This document shows positions 53,273 through 64,000 of a stretch of DNA of 64,000 nucleotides, piece after piece. This stretch comes from Geosiphon pyriformis uo1 (lineage: Eukaryota > Fungi > Glomeromycota), in assembly GCA_016748015.1 (NCBI GenBank), contig JAAOMT010000479.1, positions 763,069 to 827,068 of the forward strand, written 5' to 3'. Positions within the stretch are counted from its first letter, which is position 1, and each line of letters starts with the position of its first letter. The notes under the pieces are model-generated. The model ran no database searches, was not told where the DNA came from, and was given only the letters and a program-made list of their open reading frames with translations. The translations under genes and the position numbers were made by a program.

Positions 53273-54133
53273 ATGATTCTTGATGGTTATGAGTTGGAAA
53301 TTTTGGCAGACGGAACACGCCTTCGCGAATATGAAGTGAAGGTCAAGAAAAAGGTTTGATATTAAGGAATGATTTTGGTTAAAACACATTGTATCATCGA
53401 TGATGTAGTGTCATCTTTATTGAGGATAGATGGGCACGGGAACTTCATATGTAAGATCTGGGGGTGACAAGCGAACCATAGAGTGGTATATTTTAAATCT
53501 TTCCAATTTTAAATTAAGGATTTCCACGAGCAAATATCTAAATGTACGCATTAATTCATTCATTTAAACAGTCATAAGCATATTGTTGCTGAGATTATTG
53601 ATCCCTGGGCCAGTTTCACGATCCGATATCACGCTCCAGGAGTGGATAGACATGCTCCATTAAAAATTCTTCTGATTTTTAATGGAGAAATCAGCTCATT
53701 TTATGATTCGATCATTGATGATACCAGTGTGACCCGTTCATACTTGCACGATCCTAAAGAACCATTTAACTTTGCCAATTTGAAAATCCCTGAAATGGTA
53801 GAAAGAGGTCAGGGGGCTATCACAGTATTATTTTATCGAGCGGTACATGTTCAAGAGCTGATTAACTTGCCAAAATCGCTGGTCGCTCCTTCCCCAGTTA
53901 AAAAACGAAAATCGGCGGCTGAAACTATTAATCGAGCCCCGGATGGAACCGAAATGATTACTATTCAATCATATTTGCTCGGCATCAATACGCACAAAGT
54001 GTTTGATAATGATCCTATTGCTGTTCTCCATCTTCATTTCCGATCCTCTATTTGGCTTTTCGAGCATGGCATTAAATCTCATGCGACTTCTCAGAAACTT
54101 GGGGACGAAAGCCCAATAATATTCATAGATTGA
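53273..54133 (+). CDS. Hypothetical fungal protein (possibly DUF7918-like); exons 53273-53353, 53430-53485, 53572-54133
   Basis: Starts MILDGYELEILADGTRLREY. Two GT-AG introns join in frame to ORF 53642..54133 (GAITVLFYRA...DPIAVLHLHFRSSIWL..HGI). The family assignment is from recall only. Confidence 0.7.
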
Positions 54134-54660
54134 CAAAGGACTTGGTTAAGTCCAGCTTGTCTAAGGCTTTTGTGGATTTTAAGTTTTTTGTTAACTATGT
54201 GCTGAGGAAGGCTGTTTTTGATAAATAATTTTGTTATCTGGTTTTGGCAGTTTTGCAGTCTATTGTTAGTTATCATTTGCAAATGTGTTGTGTTTTGAGA
54301 AGTGTGAGTAAAAGATAGAATTCTCTTATCAAGAAGAGCTTAAAATTAAAGGCTAGTATTTCAAGGAATATTCCTAATGAGGTATTGTACTATTTTGTAT
54401 TATATAGGCTGAAAATTTTTGAACAATTGCAAGGTAAAAACAAAGTTGCTCTATTGTAAATTTTTCAAATGCTGGTGGTATTTTGGGATGACTCCTCAAG
54501 CATAGGCTTGTGAACTTACAAATTTTGGAATGGAGGCCCCTAAATCTACTCTTTCATTTGGTTATACTGAGAGTTAATTCTTTTAAGTGTTTTCTAGTTG
54601 GGATTTTTTGTTTTGGATAATATTGCTGTAAATTTTTGTTTAAGGTTTTGGGTAAGACTG
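54130..54660 (+). mobile_element. Decayed non-LTR retrotransposon (LINE) ORF2 fragment, region just C-terminal to the RT
   Basis: Reads LTKDLVKSSLSKAFVDFKFFVNYVLRKAVFDK*FCYLVLAVLQSIVSYHLQ...KR*NSLIKKSLKLKA...LYRLKIFEQLQ...(fs)NAGGILG*LLKHR. This matches, from recall, the glomeromycete RT-RNase H LINE consensus (KPSLAKAHSDVRFF..LVLRKAVSDKQF.YLVSAVL.PIVSY). Confidence 0.7.
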
Positions 54661-57235
54661 TTTAAAAGTTTAAAAAAAAACTAATTAAACTTAAACATAT
54701 TGTTTAAAATTTTATTATTTTAGCTGTTAAAGTTATACTTTCAGCAAATTTATTAAATTAAGCTAATCCACTTAAGAAAATTCAAAACCCAGAAAATTAA
54801 ATAAATTTATCTATTAAAATCCAAATTTTAGCTGCTTTAAAAAATTTACAAACACCAGAAAATCAAATTATTAAACATAAAAAATTTATAAAACAAAAAA
54901 ACAATATACTAATATAAATTAATAATATTAAGAAAATAATAGTTACTAATAACTAAAATATTAATTTTATAATACAAGTAATCTTATATTTTTTTAAAAA
55001 TATTGTTAATTTATAATTTTAAAGTTTAATTAACAAGTTAACAAATATTGTTATTTTTATTAATAATAATATTTAATTACAAAATTAATTTAATATTATT
55101 AAAAAAAGAAAAAAAATTAGTTTTTAATTATTTTAATTATAATTTAAAACAGATTTAAGTAATTCAATTTATTTATTATACAATATTATAAATTTTAAAC
55201 CAATTTAATAAAGATTTAAAAAGGTAATTTTTTTAATAAATATGTTTACAACATCTTAATAATCTATAAAAAACTATTATATTAACACAAAATTTTGAAT
55301 TTGTAAACAGAAAACTAATAATATTCAAATTATAAACTTAATTATAAATATATTTAAAAAAATCAAAAAACAAATATAATTAAATATTTATTTTATATTA
55401 AAGTTTAATTTATATTGTTTTTTATTTGTTTAATATGTAAAGTCTAATTATTATTTAATACAATATAATTATGAAAAATCTTAAATTAAGTATAAATTAT
55501 GTGTTTTTTATATGTAATTAAACACATAAGTTTAATTAAAGCTAAACTATATTAAATTTAATAAAAAACTAATATTATATATATAAATATTATTAAAATA
55601 CTATTATTTTTAACTATTTTACTTAATTATTTGGCAATATTATTTGTATTATTTTTAATTTTAGAAGATTAAAGCTTCTACAAAGTTATTATTTTATTAA
55701 AAATATTATTAATAATCAAAATATTATAAAAATTTATGTTTTTATAATTATTAATATTATATTTAAACTTATCAATTTTTTATACAATCTACTTAATTTT
55801 TAGTAAAAGTATAAATATTCTTTTTGATTATCATACAATTATTTTTTAATTCAATATATAAAACAAAAAAAACATTAAGTAATTTAATAATTAAAGTACT
55901 TAAGATATTAATATATTTAATGATAGATTTAATCAATAAAACCACAGCAGTTAATTTAAATTCTAAAAAGAACAACCAAAAATTAAACAAAAGATTTTTA
56001 ATAGCAATAATAACAAAACAACTAAAAATACAGTAATAAAAAAAATTAGCAAATTAAAAATTTTTATATATAACTTAATATTAATAAATTAAGAATTAAA
56101 AACTTTAAAACTATTAACAAACTTAAAAAAAAAAAAATCTTATAATTTATAGTCAAATAATCTAAATTTTGATATTTAAAATAAGATTAATTGCTAAAAA
56201 TTCTTTATCAAATTCAATATTTTTTTACAGTACTGAATTTTTTAATTCTAGTTTTTAAGTTTTTCTTAATATCATAAATAATAATAATATATTATAATTA
56301 TTAAATAAAATTAATAAAATAGAAAAAAAAAATATAATTATCAATTTAAGAAATAAAATTATTAATTTTAAAAAAAGTACAATCAGAAAAAAATTGACCA
56401 ACTTGGTTTTAAACATATTACAAAAAATAATAATCTTTTTTAATTAACAAAAAAAAATTCTAATACTATTTTTACTTAGTAAAACTAATTAGTAAGCAAG
56501 AATAATAATAATAATATATTGTCAAATGCTAATAGACTTTAAAAGAATTTGAAAATTTTTATTAAAAACATCAAAACTATATTAATATTAACAGTAAATA
56601 CATTTAAAAATATATTATACAGAATTAAAAAAACTCAAAAACTATTAAAGATTTAGCACTTTTAAAAATAAAAAAGAGAATAAAACTAGCAAGTCCAGCT
56701 TAAAATACAGTATTTAAAAAGCTTAAAAAGCAAACTTTATACAAAAAAGTTTTATTAATTAATATTAATATAAATATTACTAATTAAATTAAATCAATTA
56801 TTATTATTAAGTATGATTAATATTAAAATTCATTTGCAAAATAAAAAGTACATAAATACAATTAACATATAACTTAAAAACTAATAAACATGTTTTTAAA
56901 ATTTAAGATATTTTGAATAAAGTTTTTACTGTTAATTGTTTTCTAAAACAAATTATTTATTGTTATTATTGATGCTTATACTAAAGTTTTAATTAATAAA
57001 AGATTAATTAAGATATTTAAAGTATATAAGTTAATTGTAAAAATAAACAATAAATGTTTTTTGTAATTATTAAAAAAATTTCAATAAAGATGATTTTAAA
57101 AATAGTGTAAATTTTAATCGTGTTTTGATATAAGTTTTTATAATGCTTTAAATAATATTTTATGCATTAAAAAATCTACATAATGCAATTTAGAAAAGTT
57201 AAAAAAGTTATTAAATTTATTTAATTAGTAAAAGT
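54660..57235. mobile_element. Extremely AT-rich decayed-repeat block, likely retroelement-derived
   Basis: Very low GC, CpG-depleted, no credible ORF; bounded by two LINE fragments. Confidence 0.45.
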
Positions 57236-57299
57236 TTATTTAAAGTGATTGTTAAATAAGAAATTTTGCATATAATCAATTTTTTTGATACGAAATATC

Positions 57300-57722
57300 G
57301 TCTCTATCAGCACAGTAGACGATTCCACCTCATCGCACTTTACTGTTATAAGCTTTTTTCTCTCAGCAACTAGCAAAAGGCCGTGTAAAGTCCTCATAGC
57401 GTATGTATGGAAACCAGCCGTTTTTCGGCTCGTCGTTCCCGATTTCAGATGCGAATCTTGATGCCATACTGCTGTCGTATTTTCCCAATCGATTCCCATG
57501 CATTGTTACCATGTCGAGCCTCTTGTGCGCCTGGTTCACCCCCTTCTCCGTACACATTTGAGCGTGTCATAAATGCTACAAACGTACTGCTTAGCGATGT
57601 GCGAAATTGGTACACCGAAAGCGTTGACTAAAATTTTTCTCGAGAGATTGTGACGTAGGGCTCTATCACAAGTGCCAGATTCCCCAGCCAACCTATCTGC
57701 CTTGTCATTGCCCACATCTCCT
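57300..57722 (-). mobile_element. Non-LTR retrotransposon fragment: end of RNase H plus downstream region towards the Zn knuckle
   Basis: GDVGNDKADRLA (RNase H 'GNExADxLA' motif) near 57685-57718. After frameshifts it reads IDWENTTAVWHQDSHLKSGTTSRKTAGFHTYAMRTLHGLLLVAERKKL...KCDEVES. A GC-rich island within AT-rich DNA. Confidence 0.75.
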
Positions 57723-57789
57723 AAGTAGTTTGTATTTGAATTTGTAACTTATTTAACCCTTTTATTTAAAATTAAAAATTAAAAACAAT

Positions 57790-58600
57790 ATTTATTCCTT
57801 GTTTGTACATTTACTTAGCCCAAAGTATCCAATAAGTACACTAATATTATCAATTTGTAAAATGTTTCCTGCATGTAGATTACAATAAACTATACCAGCA
57901 GAATGTATAGATCTAAGCTTACTAGCAATATTAAATCCTATATATAATTTATTTTTCCAAGTAATAGAATGAAAATTTGATGATAAATATCCTCACTCAT
58001 CTCCATGTTTGGCAAGATATATCACAAAACCGTAATTGAGTGTTTTAGGATTTTGCATAAAATCTATTATTAAAGAGATATATGTGATGTTCCTATTATC
58101 ATTCTAATAACTCTTTGTACATTAATCTATTCAAAAGTAAAAATATAAGTGAATAAATAAATTTGAATTTGAGATTATAATTTTAATTACCTCATAAAAG
58201 AATTCTTCATTGTTGTGTTGCAATCTGTGCATGAATTTAATTGCAATTTCACCTTTTCTAAAGTAATCCATTTTACCATTATGCACCTACTCATGTTGCT
58301 TTATATATAGAACCAAACCCTCAAGCGCCAATCTTAGACATGTTTTTCAAAAACTCTCATGGAATCCATTCGTGATCATATAATTCATCCTTTTTATTTC
58401 ATTATTAGCCAAATATTTCTGATTTTTTATTATTTCGCCAATTATTTTGTTGCCACTTGAGAAATATTTATAAAGTCTTCAAAAAATAGGCATTTACAAG
58501 CCTTGCAGTCATTCTATTTATTCTTGATGCTTGAAAGTTTTGTCAAGTTTTCTCTGAACTTTGATTTTCAGAGAGTTTTACACATAATGACATATTCAAA
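57790..58600 (-). pseudogene. Tyrosine-kinase-like (TKL) protein kinase pseudogene, C-lobe missing
   Basis: Minus strand: CKAC...SSGNKII, HEWIP*EFLKNMSKIGA*GFGSIYKAT*, (fs) GEIAIKF...EEFFYE, intron, then QNPKTLNYGFVIYLAKHGDE*GYLSSNFHSITWKNKL...IASKLRSIHSAGIVYCNLHAGNIL...VLIGYFGLSK. It has stops and frameshifts, with HRD->YCN and DFG->YFG. Confidence 0.85.
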
Positions 58601-61099
58601 AGGGGATTTGTATTCATTCTAAATAAAAAAACCATGCCATGTACTCACCCAATGGGTCATCTTGAGTGTCTTGATACTGATTATGCTGTCTGAAAGACTT
58701 GAATAGTAGGCAGCTTGAAAATCCCTACCATGTTATGCATGACTCATCTTAAAAATTTGACATCAGACAAGCTTAGAGATTATCAGCATTCTAATACTTA
58801 TCATTTTTTAAGTAAATAAATATATGTTCTCTTTGAGTTCAAGAAAATAATAGAGAATAAATCACCTTTGTTCGCCAAATGCTAACCTCAAAAGTCTTTG
58901 TTATTTTCACTGTACCATACTCATAGTATTTATTAATTATTACTAAAATTAGCTTGAAAAACAAAAACTTGCTTTTGTAATTCATTGAATAAATAATTGT
59001 TAAAAAATAATTAAGATTTCTCTTTATCAAAATTATTTTGTTCTTAAATTTTTTTAACTCTGCTTCTTGCTTCAATTTGCAATAATATACTTAAAATAAT
59101 TTCAGTTTGAAAACTAAGCTGTAAAAATAAATTGCAATATATCGACATTACTTTACATAATATTATAATTTATTAATAATTATATAAACAATTTTTTTAA
59201 TTGCATTGTTCTCTTCTTATCACGTATCTAATGATCATTTTTTTGAAAAAGAATTAAAAAAGAAAAATGCATTTATTGGCATTTTATTTAATAAATCAAC
59301 GTGCTACCCATCCTATCGCTTTTTTAATCAATTACACAACGAGATATACATAATAAAAGCTTTCCTAACTATAATTTGTTATAATTGATGGCATATTGTG
59401 CATTTAAGTAAAATATTTTCGATCTTATCTTATTATACGATGCATCAAAACCTTCGAAATATATAAATAAGAAGATGTAAGATAAAATATGGATGCTATA
59501 AATACTATATCTCAAATTTATTTCAGGAAACAACTTATCAAGGTTGTATTTTCAATGGCCAAGTAAAAAAATACATCTTACAAGCAACATTTGTATTTAA
59601 ATTTATTTGTTCATTGGAGTCAGCCTTCAACAACAACATCAAGGAATTTAAGTATCACTCTTAAACTATTTGATATTCTGAGAGCATTATTAAAAGACTT
59701 TACTTGATTCATAGATGCAATACTATTGATGTAATTGAGTGTAAAACCTAAAACATTATTGAAGTTTTGTAGTTTTATTTTTTCAATAAAAAAATTTACT
59801 TATAGAAAATAAAAATAGAAGAGAGAAAATTTGAAAATACCAAATCAAGTTCACTTATGATAGTATTTTTGCTGAAATTTCACCAAAATTAGTTGCATGT
59901 AATCTGTAATCGGTATTAACGGAAATATATATGAAAATTCGAGGTTAAAATTCAAAACCTCATACTTGTAAGCCTTTTATTTATCTGTCTGATCTTATGC
60001 TAAAATTATACTTGTATTTCTAACTTTCTTTGTATAACGTTTGCATTCCGCTTAATGTTTAAAAACTTGAAAGAAACTTGCTAATAGGAATTTTAATAGA
60101 GAATTTATCAAAGTCTGTCATATTTTTAAAATCCGATTTTTTTCAAAAATTTCCTTTTGATCTTTATCATTATATAAAAATGTGATATTCTGTTAGAAGT
60201 ATAACAGAACCGTTATCATTTATCCTTGGACTAGCTGTAAGCCATGTTGTCTCATATGGATGACCACAGTTTATGCAAATTCTGTGGCGATAATATAACC
60301 ACACGTTTCAATATCTATAATTTTAGAATGAATTTATTTATTATATTTAAATCAAATATTTAAAAAAATATTCCCCTTATTTTTTCTTTGAAAAAACCAA
60401 AGTTTTTCTTAAAATCCTTTACTTTTAGAAACTTACCACATTCTGTTGAGCACAAAATATAAAAAATTTTCTTTATTTAATATTGTAATACTTTCTTTAA
60501 GCTTAATAATCTTGATCTATTCCCTGTCAAAAATGCATACATTTCAAAGGTAAAAGAAAAAATAATAACCTTTGTTTATTTTTGACATAATTATCGGTAA
60601 AGTTTAGGCTATGAGATTATCTTTGTTAATATTATCAAATCCTGGAATCTTATAAAGCAACTTAATAAATTTCCCTAACTCAAAAAAAAACTTACTTTCA
60701 TTGCATTGTCCTAAATCATCTATCATTATTTTAATTCATAAAACTCCAAACTGAGTTAAAATCTACATGGACAAGTTTCCCGGTGCTCATTTTCTGGATT
60801 AGTCAAATATTAAGATTTGCATTTTTCTTGTGGTAATTCAAAGAGATAAAAGCAATTTGGCGAAAATACTGTTGATCTTTGCGTATAAATAAAATCATTT
60901 GAATAATTTAAAGAATATCAAAATAGTATGAAATGTAGAACCAGTGACCGCTATTACTCTCTAGTAGCATTTCAAATCTAACTTTGAATACACAAAGAAT
61001 TCGAATGAAAGCAATGCACCTAACAAACGCAAATAGTAACTTTTTTTTAGATATTTAAATTTTAATTATTTGCTGTTTGCTCTAGTTGTGATCATAAAA

Positions 61100-64000
61100 A
61101 TATAAAAGAAAAAAAGACTTTTTAACTTTTATCTATTCATTTTTTATTAATTATTTTAAATTATTTTTTAACAATCAAATTTTTTAAAAAGATATATAAT
61201 TGTAATTTTAAAACTAATTATATTAATTAAATATTTTACATATTTAATTTACTTTTTTTCAAAAAATTTTATTATTATATAATAATATTTTTTTGTTATT
61301 TTTTAACTTTTATTTTAACTTATAACAATATATTAATAAAATTTGGTTAAAAACATTATTTAATATTATTAATTATTTGTTAAAAAAACAAATATTAAAT
61401 TAATTATTATCAAAAATTAAAATTTATTATTTTTAATTAATTTATTAATTAATGCTTATAATATATTTTAATTAAATTTGATAATAAATAAATTTGTAAT
61501 AATTTGTTTAAATAATATGTTGATATTTTAAAAATCAAAAAATACAATTATTACGTATAATTGGTATTGAAAAAACTTAGTTAAATTAAATTTTATGTAA
61601 AATTAAAAAATGTGAATTTAATTAAAAAATTTCAAAGTAACTGGTTATTTGCAATAATTTACTCTAGTTTTCTTACACACTTAAATACTGATTAACTGTT
61701 TTTAAAATAAAATTAATAAAAAATTATTCAGTATTTATTTAATATATTAATACAAAACCATTCTCAATAACAATAAGTTTTAAAATTATAAACTTATGAT
61801 AAAATCAATTAATAATAGTATGTATACATATAATTTAACTTTTACTGTAATATCAGCAAAATTAAGCATCGATCTTATCACTATAAAATAGTTTTTCTAA
61901 AGGATAAGTAAGTATACTATAATAAATTTATTAAAAATATTCTTTTTCTATTTATAAAATAATTATGACAAACTATTTATTAAACACTTAACAGACTTTT
62001 TATTATCTTATGTAACAAGTTTTTATTAAATACTTAAAAGATCTTTTATTATTTAAAGTTTGTTGAAAACATTTCTCTTTTATTCATAAAGAGATCATAA
62101 CAAGATTTTTGTTAAAGACTTAATAAATTTTTTATTATCTAATATATTACAAAAAGATTTGTAAGAAACATTTTTTTTATTTATAAAAAAACTATAATAA
62201 ACTTTTTATTAAATACTTAACAGATCTTTTGTTAGCTTATATGTTGTAAGAAATTTATTAAAAACATTTTTCTTTTATAAATAAAAAAACTATAGCAAAA
62301 TATTTGTTAAACACCTGATAAATTTCCTGTTATTTAATATGTCACAAAAAAATTTGTTTAAAACATTTCTTTTTTATTTATAAAAAACCATAACAAAGTT
62401 TTTATTAGATATTTAATAGACTTTATATTATCTGGTATATTACAAACAATATTTTTCTTAAAAAAAAATTTTTTTTTATAAATTAAAATTATAACTTATT
62501 TTTAGTTTTTTTAGTATTTTGTTTGCTTTTTTACATTTTTTTTGATATTATTGTTGTTACTAACTGCTTTAAGAATAAATAATATTTGAAAAAATATGAC
62601 TTGTAAATTTGTAATAAGTATAAAGCTTAAGATTGCAAAAAGAAAATTAAACAGATAAAATAATTAAAATCATAAAAAATAGACAAAAATAAAAAAAATG
62701 TTGAAAATAATTTAAAATACATTAGTATATATAGTAAACAATAACATATAATATGTATCTATATATATTTATATACATATTTTTGTGTTTGTTTTTGAAA
62801 ATTTTCATAGTTTTATATATAATATTATTTATTTTTAATAATTAAATAAATATTTAAAACATGATAATTTTGATAAATAAAATAAGTTAAATATAATTTT
62901 ATGCATAAAATTTATTAAAATATCTAATAATTTAATCTCAATTTTTATATTAGCCAATATTAAAACATAAAATAAAAAAATCCTTATTTTTTCTGTGGTT
63001 TTTAATAATACAACCGCACAAAAAACTTTTTCAACTATAAAAACAACTTAATAACACTTTGCAAATGCACTTTTTTTAAATAATACAAACACAAAACAGT
63101 TTTTAATTATTAAAAAATCATTATTTTGCCTTAAAATAATATATTAAAAATAGTTTAATATAATTATTACTACAATTATAAACTAGTAACAAATTTGTTA
63201 TTTTTTATTGCTAAGTTTTTTTAATGGTTAAAATAGCAAAAAAAACAAAAAATTAACTTTTTTTCTTTTAAAAATAATTTAGCTATTTCTCTTAATACTT
63301 CTTAAAGTATTTTTTTAACTTAAAATCTGTATATTAAACAATAATAATAATAATACATTTAAATTTAATTAGCATTTAATTATATAATTTAATATATTAG
63401 ATTTTAGCTAATTATTATAGTTTTAAAAGCAAAACAAATTATAGCTTAATATATAATTTAACTTAATTACAAAAATTAAATAAATAAAATAAAAATTGAA
63501 ATACTTTTTTTTTGTTTATTGAAAAAATTACTGGTTCTGGTAATATTTAAAAAATAATTTATTAATTGCCAATAAATTTTTAAGTAAATAATTTTTACTT
63601 TAATATTTAATACTATTACAAAAATTAAAATTATTTATGTAAGAACTACATTTAAGTTATTATATAGTTTTTTATATAAAGCTTATATTTTAAATCTTTT
63701 AAAATACTGTTAAGTTTTATAATTTTTTTTTGTTTTTTTATTGTTTTTACAAAGTGTAACTTAATTATTAACTACAACCTAAAATACGAAAATTTTAAAT
63801 AGCCATAATTTATACTTTTTCTATATTTTTTAAACATATATTATTTTAAATTAAAATTTCTATTATAAATAATAAATACTGTATTTTATCTTTGAATTTT
63901 TTTGTTTTTATAGACTAATACAATTGGTAATATTATAAATTTATTAATGTTTGGATAAGTTTATTATTCAATATTTATTACATTTTTGTTTTAATAATAT
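61100..64000. mobile_element. Extremely AT-rich decayed-repeat block running off the window end
   Basis: Very low GC, CpG-depleted, and no ORF in the supplied track. Confidence 0.4.
61925..62450. repeat. Degenerate tandem repeat, period about 96-99 bp, about 5 units
   Basis: Anchor 'ACATTT' at 62069, 62168, 62264 and 62363 (spacings 99, 96, 99). Each is followed by TTTAT..ATAAA...TT(G/A)TTAAA.ACTTAA.AGA. Confidence 0.7.

Noticed and set aside
61925-62450. CRISPR-like array
   Set aside because: The whole unit is repeated with no unique spacers, there are no cas genes, and the context is eukaryotic.

Overview
A very AT-rich, intron-rich eukaryotic (fungal) window. The gene families present (MATA-type HMG box, Sel1 repeats, BTB-SPRY, TKL kinase relic, short GT-AG introns) point to Glomeromycotina. 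The transposon relics and the divergent lipase resemble, from my recall and not from a search, those of Geosiphon pyriformis. Content in order: 3' end of a multi-pass membrane protein gene; an N-myristoylation-motif hypothetical gene; three paralogous ~17-exon OPT oligopeptide transporters; tRNA-Arg(TCT); an intronless HMG-box transcription factor; a Git3/cAMP-receptor-like GPCR flanked by two copies of a small inverted-repeat element; a secreted class-3 lipase homolog whose catalytic Ser is replaced by Gly; a Sel1-repeat protein; a second paralogous GPCR; a divergent PCNA; a BTB-SPRY protein; a hypothetical gene ending at a LINE fragment; two fragments of an RNase H-bearing non-LTR retrotransposon; a TKL kinase pseudogene; and several extremely AT-rich decayed-repeat blocks. 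The best leads are the intact but catalytically dead secreted lipase between two paralogous GPCRs, paired motif substitutions in two of the three OPTs, the divergent PCNA, and a transition-dominated (RIP-like or methylation-driven) decay signature. All exon structures were derived by hand and no database searches were run.
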